The notes under the pieces are model-generated. The model saw nothing but the letters and a program-made list of their open reading frames with translations, was not told the origin of the DNA and made no database searches. The position numbers and the translations under genes were made by a program. Below are positions 1 through 13,952 of a stretch of 64,000 nt of DNA, one piece after another. Within the stretch, counting starts at the first letter, position 1; every line of letters begins with the position of its first letter. Source of the DNA: Botryllus schlosseri (lineage: Eukaryota); the NCBI GenBank assembly GCA_051294905.1, contig CM119373.1:374001-438000 (forward strand), given 5' to 3'.

Positions 1-770
1 CTGCCGCACCCCAAACCCTCAATTAGGGGGCCGAGATCGAAGGGAGCCCAAAATTATTTCGTGAATTAACATAAATCATGGTGTATGTTTTGGGAAGTTT
101 TCAAAATATTTTTCGCGCGGCGCGCGAATTAATTTTGTCAAATATCTTGATTATTGGGCACCCTTCCCACAACAAAAATACGCGTGATTAAGAGAAATGG
201 GCACTTGGGCGTCGGCCATTACCTTGCCACGACGCACCAAGACATATGAAGTTATAGGCTATGTACCATGCGACTTCGAGAAGTGCGCCAAAACGATCAG
301 CAGCGAGAAAACCTTGGCCGAAAAGGCCTGTCCGATATGCTGACCGAAAACTTCGATTCATACATATAAGTTTAATTGTCCACAGGTGCGTAAATATCTG
401 GCGCTGAATGTTCGTGTGCTGGTGATCCGAGTCCCACAACAAGACAAATGCCATGTCGAGGGAACATTATTTGCCAGTAGAGAAATACCAATTTTAAATC
501 GTGTTCGTGTTTTAGTTTAGTACGTCTGAGCGATTTCAATGTCTTTTGACATAGCCGATAGGACGTCACGAAATAGCATCATGTAACGAAGTCATTATAC
601 CAACGGGTGCGCCCGAAGATGTTTAATTAATATTTAGAGGACCTACCTTTTCTAACACACCTCACTCGATCAGCTTTACAGGTAAATCTGATTATGTGAG
701 CAGAGAGAGGATAAAAATGGATAGCAATAGATATATGCAATTCCCGATCATATTGACCGATTCAATCATG
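1..770. repeat. Diverged interspersed repeat; second copy at ~53575-54310 in the same orientation
   Basis: Colinear blocks are shared with 53575-54310, e.g. ctgccgca..cccaaaattatttc..gaat.aacataaat, cttgattatt.gg, and gatagcaata.atatgcaa..ttgaccgattcaat. Boundaries are approximate. Confidence 0.6.
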
Positions 771-3700
771 AATCATATAAAATTTTTGCGCTTCGCGCGT
801 TCAGGCGACACAACCACGCAACCGGCCCCCGATGTAGATGATAAGTATTGGCAAAAACCGCAGTACGACACCATAATTGCAGCAGAAGAAATAGTTCAGG
901 CTATCGATGGTAGATGTTGCCGGACTAACAGATTACTCTCATATCAGCAGAAGATATCAATCACTCTATTTCGCGCACAAATGAATAACAACCCCATCCA
1001 GACTTCGCGTGCCGCTGTGCTTTGTCGATTCTCGCTAGTTGGCCACACGGATAACGCAATTTGCATAATTTCAAATGAGCGAGGAAATATTAGAGATACA
1101 ATCGGCCTTTCAAACTGACCAGTTTCGGGTTTGAAATGAGAAAGGGATGTCCTTGGCAATGAGAGCTCCTCGAAACCGTCCTATGGCTACGCCATTGTTC
1201 ATCGCAAGTCATATCTTTTTGTATTTTCATTCACCTTCCGTGAATATAGTAAGTAAATGTGTCTATACCCGATCTAGAAGGAAATACGGTGTATCGAGCG
1301 ACCTATCATGTAACGCACTTGTCGTTCGCTGTTGCAAGATTGCGGCCAGCGGCCTCTACCAAATTGGAAAAGTGGCATTCGTTCATTCAAGTTGGTGACT
1401 CCTGATCGCTAAGTTCGCTGTCCCAAGACAGTACAGCGTTGATTCTCATTTTGGCCTTGCGGCATCCCATATGGGGAAACACTTAGCAGCACCCGAGCAA
1501 TGGATCAGCTTTGCAAGGTTTCCGAATCAGCGTTTTAAAGCACGGTATAAATAATGCCTGATAAGTTGTGCAGTACTACGCATATCAATATATTCATATG
1601 TGCAAATTATATCTTAAACTGAAATAGCAATACTAATGTGTTGAACTAACTATAGGCCTACTACTAAAATAACTAAAACTATTGTAGAACTACTGTTCTA
1701 AAACCCGTTTGCATCTATCTCCAAAGCAATATCTCAGCGTGCAATTTCTAACAGTATCGCTACCGACTTACTAAACGAGTCTGCAGAAATGGACAGTCAA
1801 TAACTGCCATACAATAATCCCGATACGCAGTGAAACTCGGTCGACATGACAAGGCCGTTATAATATTCCCGACTTGAAGTAATTGTTATTTACTGGAATT
1901 GATTACGCTCTTCCGAACTGTGAAATTGGATTAACTTGAGTGTGGTGCGTATATCGCACAACACAAAACGATACAGTGGCGTGGATATCTGGGTCAGTGC
2001 GAGCGATCGTTCCGTCTGAATTGTTCCTGGAATTATGTTTTTGAAAAGGAATGCATGTCATTGTACTGATGCGTATGCAAACGGTGAGGTTTGTTTGTTT
2101 TGTCACTTTACGTCGCTGTTTTGATATAAATCTTGTCCATGTATCATTTGGGGCCTTGCCGGCAGATGAAACGATACGGATAATTATCACCTTCACCGAT
2201 AAGCCCGATATATTCGACCGTTATTCAAAATATATGGCATCTATCTTAAGACGCATTTCCAAAATTTTAGAACATTTGTTTGAACAGCTTAAAGCCATTG
2301 ATTTGCTTGGACATGAAATAAACTAGAAATAAAGCTGCATATGGACACATGTAGAATGAGGCGGTAAGTAACGAATAAAATCTACTTTATCAATGTATTT
2401 GAGTAGGTTTTGCCATACAATATTTACTCGAATGGTCATCAATATTGACTACTTATCTTATACTTACCAGATTTCAGTTTTACAGACACAACTAGGCCTA
2501 GAATACTGACTTTTTTACTTACTTCGAAATGACTGCTCTAATTTGTACTCGAGTAGAAATGTACGACGTTACTTCTACTTCTACTTCTACTTGAGTATCC
2601 ACGATAACTCTTTCGACCACACCTGCCTGTAAGCCTTAAGAAATAGCTGAATGTTCCCGGTGTAGCCATTGCAGATTATAGTTCTATGACTACCAACTAT
2701 ACCATATTGTGGAGTCACGAAAATGGCCCGATATTGTTACCTCGGATGGCCGATACCAATATTTCTTTAAAATTATGACATTCGACTCGAATTCGACTGG
2801 ATATAAACAGCGAGTCGATAAATCGGCCCGGCTCTAGTGAATAGCGTGTGGGGTATTTATTTTATCCGTCTCGAATGCAAGACCGCTCATTTCACACATG
2901 CAAACAAACCATTTATATATTTCCACTGCGATGATCCTTAATTAATCAGAGGAAAGTCCTGTGCCTCGTATGCAATTATTTTCAATCATCACACAGCAAC
3001 TTCCAAGATGAGACGCTCATTATTGATATCACTGTATTTACATATATGCCAATTATGTTATTTATTGCGTCTTCAACCTTCGTTCTAGGCCCTGTTTGGG
3101 ACAAAGAGTCAGGGAACCATATTCCGTGACCGCCACGGTAGACTGGGAATATTCGTATGTTTCTTATATATCCAACAGGTAGGGTTGATTTCGTAAATTC
3201 ACAATCAAGTAGAAGTAGACAGTAGAGATTTCCACTTAAGTATAAAAAGTCAGTATTCTAGGCCTAGGTTGACCAAAAAAATGTGAAGTAAAAGAAGGCT
3301 AAATTCGAGTGATATGCAGTAAATCAGCACCGAAGTACGCTCCGGCGGGTATTTCGGGAGCTGAGCCGGAAGGTTGACCCTTTTTTAGTCAACCGCCTGA
3401 TAAAGTGAAAGAAAAACTGTATTTTGGGCACTGATCGAGAAAGTTGACCTTTTTTAGTCAACCGACCACGATGTGGGAAAAATTTACCATTTTGTTCAGG
3501 ATATTCCTCCGGTTTTGCAAGTCTGAAAATTCTGAAAAAGTATCCTCTTTTCAGATTTCAAAATATGGCAACCCTATTGTTACCGTCAAAGTAAATCTAT
3601 AAATATATTAAACTAAGAAACGCGGAGTAAGATTGCTTTGTGTTTGATTAGACGAGGATGTATGTGCCACTGTTTATTGTATTTCATTTTTAATAGAAAA

Positions 3701-4913
3701 CACGCACCAACAAAGCCAGTTTCTGTGCCTAAACGGGAACATATAAGCAACAAATTATTTCAATCCACTCTGTGGCGCGATCTGTGAGGTACGGCGACAT
3801 AGACTGTTATAAAAGTCGCCATACGGCCCTAAGGTGTTGCTACGGCTCCTCCACACGCTCGCCTATAGGAAGATAGTGGACACCGTTTCATTGTTACATC
3901 ACAGGACTATCTAGGGCTGACGTACACCGGTTTACGATGTAGTGTAGACCATGGTGGTACATTTTTTCTAATTAGTTATATATTCAGTCAATGCGAAGGT
4001 TGGGCTTGATTTTTATGAAAAGGGTTAGCCGCATGTAATATTGAATGTCCAAAACACCGCACTGCTTTAAATTCAGAAGGAACGTTTCTGAAAATCCACA
4101 TAACGACGATATGCTGATAGGAATATGAGCTTCAATAGAAAAGAACAAGGTTCAATAGTATACTTTTCTATAAGAAATTAGAATTTATTTCTTTTGTTAT
4201 CGTGGTGTAGCCTAAACATGGAGATGACAATTTTTTCACGGTTTGCATTGTAGCGGCTCGTAGCGGCTCTAGGGGCGCAAGTCCCACATGTTGGGAACCC
4301 CTGTTCTATGCAATGTTACGGCGTGCGACATTGCTTGAAGTTGCTGCAATGAGGAGATTTCGGTAATGTTTTCTCACGAATTATCACTAGCCATAAATAT
4401 AGTGTAGCTACTCATACGTTGCAGATAATATAGCCGCAAAGACATGATGGGATCCTCCACTGATACATGGGAATATATCTTACCCACTGACACCACAAAA
4501 AGACTCGTTTCTGACTGCTTTTTTTATTGCTACAGACGTATAACGGTTTTCTGAAAGAGAATCTGAGAATCTATACCAAACCAATCAGTAGCACAGCAAT
4601 TAAAATTACATACCAGACGGTGTTTCCGTAAGGGCAGATATACAATAAGACTGAAATATTTATAATTATTATTAGATTGGAAGCTATAAAGGTTGCAATA
4701 TGAATTACTATCCCAAATATAAGATTCTGGCAGAACCACGCAAGGCGAACGAAAATAAAACATCAAACCGGCAGGTCACAGAGGTATACAGAGTTTACTG
4801 AACCGCAAAGCTATGAAGTGCGATATCGCGATTTCACAGGTTGATATCGATATTAAAGATACGTCCCGAAATATTGGGTTTGGAAGTTTCTTTATTCAAC
4901 CTTCCGATCTTGT

Positions 4914-7755
4914 TTATGTAGAAATTTGACTTTCGAAGTACTGATCAGCAAGCTTGCGTAAATTCGTGGGTGTGCCTCTTTTCCCTGAATTATGAAAAAA
5001 AACTATTTTCATTGAATATTTCCTCTTAAAAACGGTGCACTGAACATAAGAATGCATAGTTATTTAGGCGTGTAAGAAATAATTAGAAATAGCCATTTTG
5101 ATCATCATTTCTGTCATCGTTATCAATATCACCATATCGAGATGCGGAAAGTCATCTAATGTACGGAATTTTAGTCCCTTATCAATTCCCGAACTTATAC
5201 AGAATATTCGACAATGATTATGGCTAATGAAACATCGACCATCGCAATAAAAATCACGAAAGATGATAAATGAATATTTTCTACTCGATATGTCAATCCA
5301 CTCTTTCGTCTATATCCCTGGCATCTGATCCGCGTGTGCGACATCTTACAAGTTTGAAATGGGAGGAGCTTCGACTTCCAAAACCCACACCTGGCTACGC
5401 CACTGCTAGTATAGTGATGACTCTGAGCTAGCAATGGCTGCGACAATCTCGTACAACAGAACACGTAACAGTGTTTTATAGTTGTTAAGCAACTAGCTTT
5501 ATTATAAATGTGCAACTTAGAACAAGAACTAAAACTGCTCACTTTTGAAAATCCGCGAATAGAACTAGAACTACTTAAGTAAAGAGTTGGTTGGACGTCA
5601 ACCATAACTGCAGATGTAGTTTGTACAAGTCTGTCGTCGAGGCAGGAACACGGATGACGATAATGTATAAATGCAGCCCTTACTAAACCATAAACTAGAC
5701 ATTGGGGTTATAGTTCATCGACTTGACAAATAAATCCAAACCTTCTTTTTGAGACCATAATCGAACCATAGCCACTCTTCTTTCGAGTTCTCTTGTATTG
5801 TCGCTTTTAATTTCGTCTACTTCCACAAAGTTTAAGCTGAGCCCGGTACCGGCAAAGGCAAATTTCTCGAATTCTTGGGCGCTTGCAAACCGTGAGGATA
5901 TGTCTGTGAATACGTCCTCTAAACGATCTTTTTCTGCAGTTGCGACTGAAATAAGATAAATAATCGAGACCCAGTTAAAATCACATATTTAACACTTGTT
6001 TGAAGTTGCGTTTCCAAAGGTAATGTAAAATTGGAACAAAACATCAAAAAACTTTCAAGTGATAAACTACCAGAGGTAGTCTGCAACAACGTACTTCTGC
6101 GTTCGCTATATTTTGTCCACCTACAATGCGTCCTTCAGTATTAGGGTTCAGACTACTTGTACTTGACAGATTTCAGTTTCTAGGCTCGGAATGCTTAGTG
6201 TTGCGAATCGTTACGTGCTTATGACCTATGAACTCTCATTTAGTATTTCTGAGCTTCTCATTTGGTGATTAGGTCAATAATTGATTTTTTTGATTATTAG
6301 TGTAAGACGTAGTGTATAAATGCGTTCGTGTGTTAGCCAGCCATTACTGTTAATTTGCCTGTGTTGTCTATGCTGGATGCTACTTGCTGCTGTAAAAACA
6401 GATTATCTGTAATAAATATAGTTCGATTGAAGATGTATCTCAAGCTTAGAAGGATTAGGTCAAGATAGATCGTTCATCACTTACGTTTTTTACTTATTTG
6501 TAAATTGCTACTTCTACTTTTACTCAAGTAGAAATTTACGTCGGTACTTCTACTTCTTCTTCTTTTCAGTACAAACGATGACTACTTTCACCACCTCTGG
6601 CAGCGGAGTCGGATTTGCCTTGCAGCGATTTTCTCACAAAAGGCGTTCGGTCCAAATTTCGGTGTTCAACTTCCAACTGGGAACAAAGTTTAGAAATTTC
6701 CGCGCATATTCTGCTGAGGATGCCGTTTTCAACCGATGGCGGGATGCTGAGAAGTCTTTTCATTTCTGTCGAGTATTTGTCGTACAATGGAATAACTTTC
6801 TTTGCGAATGGGAGCCGCATATCTAGGACTTTTTCGATATTGGCGATGTATGCATTTCCGAAGTGAATCATGTCTCGCGGTTTATCCATCTCAAATATCT
6901 TCTGATAACCTAAAAGGTTTTAAAGTAGGTTGAATCAATCTTGACATGTACAAAAATTCAAGATACAGGAACTGACAAAGCGGATATTGAAACCAATATT
7001 ATATCTAATTGCTTGGTATTATCAGGTTAATTAGGAAAATATATTTCAGACTGACAGCTGCTGGTACACTCTTCTTGTCACCGACATGTGCAGTTACTTA
7101 TCAAGTTGTCCTTTATTATACATGATTATCCTATATTCCTATTGCAGCGACGCGTTTGATATCAAGAGCATATCAGATATTCGGGACGTATGCAGTTTTG
7201 GTCTCAGCCCAGACTTGTACAAAGTACTGCATTTTCAAAATGAACTAAAACTAGAACTATTCGCTTTTCAATATATACGCAATTAGAAGTTGATCTACTC
7301 AAAAAAGCATTAGTTAGTTGACAGTCAAATAACTGGATTAGTGGTTTGTCCAAGTCACGATCCCATTCTAAACACGTTCCGCCATTCAATTTATTAATTT
7401 TCGGTTAATGGACGGAGATTTAGTCAGTAATGTAAACAATAAATTAATTTTAATATTTACTTTCATCGGATTCGTTATCAATTTGCTTCATCTCGTCCAC
7501 AATTTGTAGCTTTGCGTCTCTTTCCGCGATAATATTTTCAGAGAGGAGCTTGATCCTCGCTAACTTGTCTCCTCTTAGGACAGAAGAAGGACTCAATATA
7601 TATTTTGAGTAGTCGATAAGAGATTTATCAGCCACGTAGCCAAGTTTGATGAAAATGTACATCTTAATGAAACAGATTCTTGTTTCTTCCGTCCTCATCT
7701 TCACTCTTTTACATTCTTCAACATCCGCAACATTCGAAGCTTGATGATGGGCCAT
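4914..7755 (-). CDS. Death-domain protein, 4 exons, ~295 aa; helical N-terminal region of unknown family plus C-terminal death domain
   Basis: Exons 7755-7461, 6909-6592, 5945-5742 and 4984-4914 join at phase-1 GT-AG junctions into an 888-nt open frame. The C-terminus LEDVFTDISSRFASAQEFEKFAFAGTGLSLNFVEVDEIKSDNTRELERRVAMVRLWSQKEG|KRGTPTNLRKLADQYF fits the death-domain pattern. Confidence 0.7.
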
Positions 7756-7955
7756 GGCATATCTTTATCGATTGCTAATGATGAAAGTTATCCATGACTT
7801 CAGTGCCAATTCATGTAAAATGTATTTTCCTCAACTTAAAAAATGTGATCCGTGATTCTCTCGCTAAAATACAACTACCTGAATTCAATTCGGAAGCAAA
7901 TCCTTCATTTTTTATTTTATCAGAATCGAACAGAAATATAATGGCAACCAACTGC

Positions 7956-8491
7956 TAGGGTTGCATTTAAACCAAAAATCAATTCAAACCAAACAAGTTT
8001 AAAACATAGCCCATGTTTAGAACACGTTTTCTTGTGATTTTGTTGTTTATGTTTTAGTCATGACGTGAAGTATTATCAACTGTGACGTCACAGCGAATTG
8101 ATATTCTTACAGGGCTCCGCAATAATTACGATTGGAAATATAGCCACGAGATTACTGCTTTGACCAAAAAGGGCTTCTGTCCCATGTTTGATTAAACGGA
8201 CCAAAAATACCTTTCACTAAGACTACATCGTCATGTATAGCATCCTTACGGTCGGCGGTCATTAACATCATAGCATCCATTCGGTTTGAGTTATATAGAA
8301 GTACGTGCTATAACTGTTGAACCGACAATGATTCGAAGGTTCCAACATCGTATACGTCGACTATGACATAATTATTCAACGTTTTAAAATTAAATTATGT
8401 TTTTTTCTAAATGACATCAGTTTACAACACTGCTTAAAACATGTTTTGATCAAAGTGTTTTGAAGCACACCTTGTTTCAAATGCAACCCGA
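7956..8491. mobile_element. MITE (TAGGGTTGCATTT terminal inverted repeat family), relative of 36746-37122
   Basis: Ends are tagggttgcatttaaa...tttcaaatgcaacccg and the interior resembles the 36746 copy. No clean TSD. Confidence 0.65.
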
Positions 8492-8693
8492 GCTAGTAGT
8501 GATGAGTCTGAGCTATAGTATGGCTGCAAGAACATCATGCAGCAGAACACCGGTATCACGATTCACGCCAAACGACGACACCTGTCTCTATTTGTTCGGC
8601 AACAAGTTTTTATATCTAATGTGCAAGTAGAACTAAAACTTATCACTTTTTAAAAATACGCAACTATAGAACTACCTAAGAAACAGTAATTAG

Positions 8694-10749
8694 CAGGGTT
8701 GTAACCAAGTCACATGGTTCCGAGTCACGAGTCAATCATACTTTTGTGGTTTTGACTCGAGTAGAGTCGAGTCATTTTCAATTCATCACAGACTCGAGTC
8801 CGAGTCCAAGTCACCGTTTAAAGGGTCAAGTCCGAGTCATGGTGTTATGATTCGAGTCGATTCCAAGTCACAGTATTGAAGTCATGTTCAACTCATGTTT
8901 TCAATCCTGCTTGGGTGATATCGAATTCCCTGTTTGCGAAACATGCTCATTTTGTCCCTATCAGAGTCTTGGCACGTGTTTATTTAGGCAGATAACGGAC
9001 AGGTCCTGGCCTCATTTACCGATGCTAAAGATAACTTTACTAATCTTAGAACTTAAAATCAAATATCTCTCTTGTCAGTCTGATACATCACCAATACAAG
9101 CATTCAGTTTTTATTATGAACACATCGACGATAGCTCACGAATAGCTGATAGAGAACCAACGAATTCACGTCTACATACTATCTGATAGAGAACCAACAA
9201 ATCCACGTCAAGATACTAGTTGATAGAGAATCAATAGATGCATGTTTATGTAGAGGTATTTACAACAGGCCAGCATGCTGTAAAAGCGTGCATGCAACTA
9301 TGTGCATTGTGCAGTGACAACAGAACAGATACCTTTTGATTATACTGAAGGTTTTCCCAATTGCATTACCGACTACATCGCAGTTACTGCATTGGAGAAA
9401 TATTTGTACAATGGGGCTGTTCAAAAACAATTTTTCAAATTTTCCGGCTACTTCTTAAAATTGCTAGATTGCCTAAATATCAAATTTGGCTCAATTCCAA
9501 CCAGTAGAAAGCAATGCTATGAAAGAAAATTTTAGACTAATTACAAATGAAGATTTTCGAATTTTACCGGCTATCTCATGATATTGTTACATTGTGTAAA
9601 AATATGATTCATAGCAAATTTGACTCAATTCCAACTAGAAAAAGTGAAGTTATTAGAGTAGAATGTTTTGGATATGAAAAAATAGTCGGCTTACTACTAT
9701 GTAATTATATTATATGAAAGAATTTCTCACTAAAATACTCCATTTATTTTCAAATCCAAAATATTCTCCTCTCAGATCATTGATCCACTTTTTTCAAATT
9801 AAGCCAGATTCAGTGTTCCTTTTATGCAACATAACAATTTTATCATGTAACCACCCAGTAATATAAAAAAGAAGTTATTTTAGAACAGCCATATTGTACA
9901 AACATCACACAACATTAGCCATTCATTATTACTCACGTGCACAATGCACATACCTAACAAAACGTCAAATGGACGAGGGGCATTGTGTGTTTTCACAGAC
10001 AGCAGATCAAATCAATGAGTTACACCTCAAAAATACTAATGTGGAAAGGAGATCCTCAAATATGTTAAAGCGGCATGGCCGTAGAATGAATCCACATCTA
10101 CTGAGTACACGTTCCACTAGTGCACTAGATGCAGGAATTGACAAGCATTTTTGAACCACACTGAAGAGCATTGAATACTCATTCTTTCTAGTCGCCCAAA
10201 AATGCAAAGAATCATCGCCTTCAAATCTACATATGAGCTTATCAGTCTCTTCACCATCTGAGTCATTTCATTGGCTCTAATTGAACTTTGATTCAATTGT
10301 TTGCTTGTATAATTGAAAAGTCTTGAGTACTTTAACTGCGGAGGATCTATTACCTCTTCATCACTGGACGATTTTGTACAATGCATTGCTACTATGTATC
10401 ATTTTCTGTTGTTTTTACGGCGGCATATCTGATATCAGACAAGTGCAACGAAAGCAGCGGTGACAAATAGCGATGTCGGCAGAATTCGTCGGATGCGTTG
10501 ATCTAGCCATTATGATTCGCAAATTTCTTCATCTTCAAGTCATATAAAATAAGCCGAGTCAATGACTTGGGTCGAGTCATGTGTAATGACTCGAGTACAA
10601 GTCGAGTCAATCCAAATATTGACTCGAGTCGAGTCGAGTCATTTTCCCATTTCAAGAAAATGACTCGAGTCAAGTCGAGTCATAAAAAAATCGTGACTCG
10701 AGTCTGACTCGAGTCGAGTCATGACTCGAGTCATTGACCGCCAACTTTG
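8694..10749 (-). mobile_element. Internally deleted hAT transposon with GACTCGAGTC subterminal repeats
   Basis: The left end cagggttgtaaccaagtcac matches the element at 47989. Both ends carry dense gactcgagtc arrays and the interior holds a transposase remnant. No convincing TSD. Confidence 0.75.
10007..10386 (-). pseudogene. hAT transposase C-terminal dimerisation domain remnant
   Basis: FWATRKNEYSMLFSVVQKCLSIPASSALVERVLSRCGFILRPCRFNIFEDLLSTLVFLRCN matches the hATC pattern (W..L..P.SSA..ER.FS..G). It is frameshifted relative to ORF 10117-10386. Confidence 0.85.
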
Positions 10750-10754
10750 GTAGT

Positions 10755-11340
10755 ATGTAAAAGCCTGTCTACATACTCCAACCTTTATGTTTCGTCTGTA
10801 ATCCCATACTGAGTAGAGGACAACGAATTAGAAATGCCGCGTAATAAAAATTTAACTCAAACTCAATTTGTAGTCGCGAGGACGTCGTACTCCTCAACAA
10901 TGGCCAGAATTCTCAATAGTAATATGCAGGTGGTTTTATGCCACTGCAATTTCCATCTCCTCTCTCATAAGTTTTTAAGCCCTCACTATAATTATCTTCA
11001 AGGGAAGATCTATATCATTTCAGATCAACGACTCAGTCGAAGACTACCATTATTCATCTCAATAACATTGTCGATGGTTATTGTCAAATGTTTTGATAGT
11101 AAGCATGAAATATAGTTCGCTACCCATTGTTGGATACAGCCATTGTTAAATGTTGGATGCTCGTGATAATGTGCAATTGTATGCGTTTCGTGACGGAATT
11201 CTGAACTTGTTCCGTTCAAACTGCGGCTGAGATCCTTTCTTATACTTGATTATATGAGGTCAATTCACACGCATAGCTTTTTTAATACATCGCCATCTCA
11301 TCCGTGTAAGCGGTGTCTTAAAAAGCCTAGAAGTGGGCAG
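10755..11340. repeat. Segmental paralog of ~35135-35880, the region just downstream of the NLR gene
   Basis: Colinear diverged blocks: ctacata..tttatgtttcgtctgta.tc.cata.t.ag.agaggaca.cgaatt, and tttgatagtaa.catgaaatat..ttcgct.cccattgtt. Confidence 0.7.
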
Positions 11341-12899
11341 TGCTACAAGACGGCAGCTACGGAATCAAATAATAAGAAATATATGCCCGGTGTTTATATA
11401 TATATCGACTTTCAATTAAATAAAAGGGCAAACGAAAACAGGAAACAAAAGAACATCAAGATAATCCGTTTTGCGCCCTTGTTAAGCGCCTCCAGCGTGG
11501 GCGGTCGTGGGCGTCTTCGAGCGAAAGCCCGCGTTGCGCTATAGCTCGGTCTCTTGTCGAGCGCCATGTGGTTCTATTCCAGCCCCCTATGTGCCTGGTG
11601 TAAATGACTATTGTAACAAACAAACACGCATAGCAGAGTAATACAGCATATATCATCGTACAGCGAGCGACTTATCGTACTACCAAGAGCGAATCAGATA
11701 TAAACTAATTACACCCGAGTATGAAAAAAACATTAGTTGAATAGTATATTAATAATAAAATGAACCCGAATATTTTCGGCTGACACTCGTCAGGGGTAAT
11801 TGCCAACAACTAGTAGACGATTGGAAAGAGCATTGTATCAACAATCGCATCATAACATATGACGTCACCGGCATGATATTTTGAACATTCGGGGCGAAGA
11901 GAGCACTTAATCTCAATATACTAATATTAAATGGGTTGGTTGGCGTATTTTGATTAAAGACGACTCCACGAGACACAAATAAAAATGTGAACGTCGCGTC
12001 GTCGGGAAGTAACAAGACTCCCTGTCAAAAGTCGATATTGCTTTTATAATTTTGACTCGATTCGAGTCGATTCATTTTTTATCAACCACTGAGTCAAATC
12101 AGACTTCAAGTCAGAGAGCAAAGGGTTGAGTGAGAGACCTAGTCAGAAAGTAATTTTTAGTCGCAACCCACAAATCGTGGTACAGATGGTTTGAAATATT
12201 CGGCTGCTTCATACCTTTCGGCGCTGAGAAAAGTATTCGTTTCGCTGGTTCGTGGAAATACAATACATATTGGTAGTTGCTACGTGTGTAATTCCTGAAC
12301 TAGACAATCTTACTGTGGCAATTTGCACTGTTGTGGTGACCATGCTTGGCTCCATCTACGCATATGGGCAGAAAAATGTGGCGCACACTACGAATCACAT
12401 GAATTAGTTAACAATGTTATTGGCCGTGGCGCAAAAGGCCGTCAGGCGATATGCGCCATTATTTATATTTAATAAAAAACAACAACAACATGAATTAGTT
12501 CTACCAACAGTCACAAATTTTCAATTTTGACGTGACAGTTGATTGATATGCATGACTCTTTGGGAGTTTAAATTGAAAATTTCGGGCCAATATGACTCTT
12601 TTGCCGTGAAAGGTTCCCGACCCTGCTCTGCTATATAGCTAAAATCTGCTATACACAGCGCAGTACAGATCGCATGTATAACCATTTTTGAGATATCCAC
12701 CATCGCCGTGATGGTTCAAAGGCCGCAAATAGTATTCTTGTTGAAGGAAATCTCAGCATTGATCTACAACTAACGCAGAATGACAATTTTAGGAAGCTAA
12801 GTAAATCTAAAAATTTTCATAAACCAATTATTCACATACCTAGTGTCGACATCTGTGTGGAGACGAATTGGGCCGGGATCTTCGAGAAATTTTCGTTAA

Positions 12900-13420
12900 A
12901 TTACGCCAAAATAACATGATATGTCTACAGTGGAATAATAATTATAATCGTGGAGCACGTTGTGTGATAATTGAAAATAATTGCTTATGAGCCATGAGGC
13001 AATCGGACTTCTCCTTTCCAATCTGATTAGTTGCGGATCCTCGCTATTGCAAAGATGTGACTGGTTTGTTTAGCGGCGTGTAATGGACGGCCTTCAAATC
13101 GAGACGAATAATATAAATACCTCACACGGTATTCTCACACCGCGATAAGATTTGAGGACAAGATTTATAACTAAAATGCGATGACCGAGTAAAGTGACAG
13201 AAATAACAAGCCCCATTTTTGCATTAGGATCAGTACGATGATATGAATTCGTTTTCAAAAATATCATTCGAGTAACAATTCAGATGGAACGATCGCTCGC
13301 ACTGACCCAGATATCATTTTGCTCTGTATGATATACGCGCCACCGAGGTAATACAATTACTTAGTTCAGAAGAGCGTTTTCAATCCCTGTACATGGCAGT
13401 AACTGTACGCTGCGGAACAC
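12900..13420. repeat. Diverged inverted paralog of ~1880-3050
   Basis: ggaacgatcgctcgcactgacccagatatc (~13286-13316) is the reverse complement of gatatctgggtcagtgcgagcgatcgttcc (~1984-2013). tgtgtgataattgaaaataattgc (~12961) mirrors ~2972-2995. Confidence 0.7.
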
Positions 13421-13952
13421 GATCTCTCATTGAGGTTATTATTCAATTATACGCGAAATGGAGCAAAGTAAGATGTAACATGATGGTGATATAATACGCG
13501 ATGCAACAGGTGAACGGACGGCCAGGATAGCTGCTCTCAATTATCGCGTCTGGTGCGATTGTGATATCGTACTGGCAACAGACTGGTGACGTGAAATGGA
13601 ATTTTCAGTACAGAACAAGAACAATATATTTATACTGCCAAATATTTCCAACTAAAAGCTTCAAGACTGACTCCCACCAGGAGTGAACGTCATTTCCAAG
13701 TATGAATTCGTCAACATATTTCATGTCAAACTAATTCGAAATTCATTCGAATAACCATAACTGGCCGTCAAGAGACTCGGAAAAACGTAATTCATTTGCA
13801 CTAATATAAAAAAAAACATGAAACATATGAAACCAACCACGCGCACTACTTTAAGTGTTTATGATTTCAGACTATTTCTACTTCTACTTGACAGTGTTTA
13901 TTTGCTTAGGCAAAATTATGTCTAGAATATTTACTTTTCGCTTGCTTGTACG

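Noticed and set aside
696..1398. ORFs of 140 aa and 83 aa
   Set aside because: No recognisable motif or consistent splice structure, and the start overlaps a repeat.
2150..4650. Possible extra minus-strand exons (KILEMRL at ~2250; ENRYTSVAIKK at ~4420-4550)
   Set aside because: They could not be joined into a frame, one contains a stop, and the similarity to the death-domain gene is too short.
10550..10740. GACTCGAGTC arrays resembling CRISPR repeats (also 8720-8880, 14660-14850, 48020-48820)
   Set aside because: No constant repeat with unique spacers and no cas genes. They are hAT subterminal repeats in a eukaryote.
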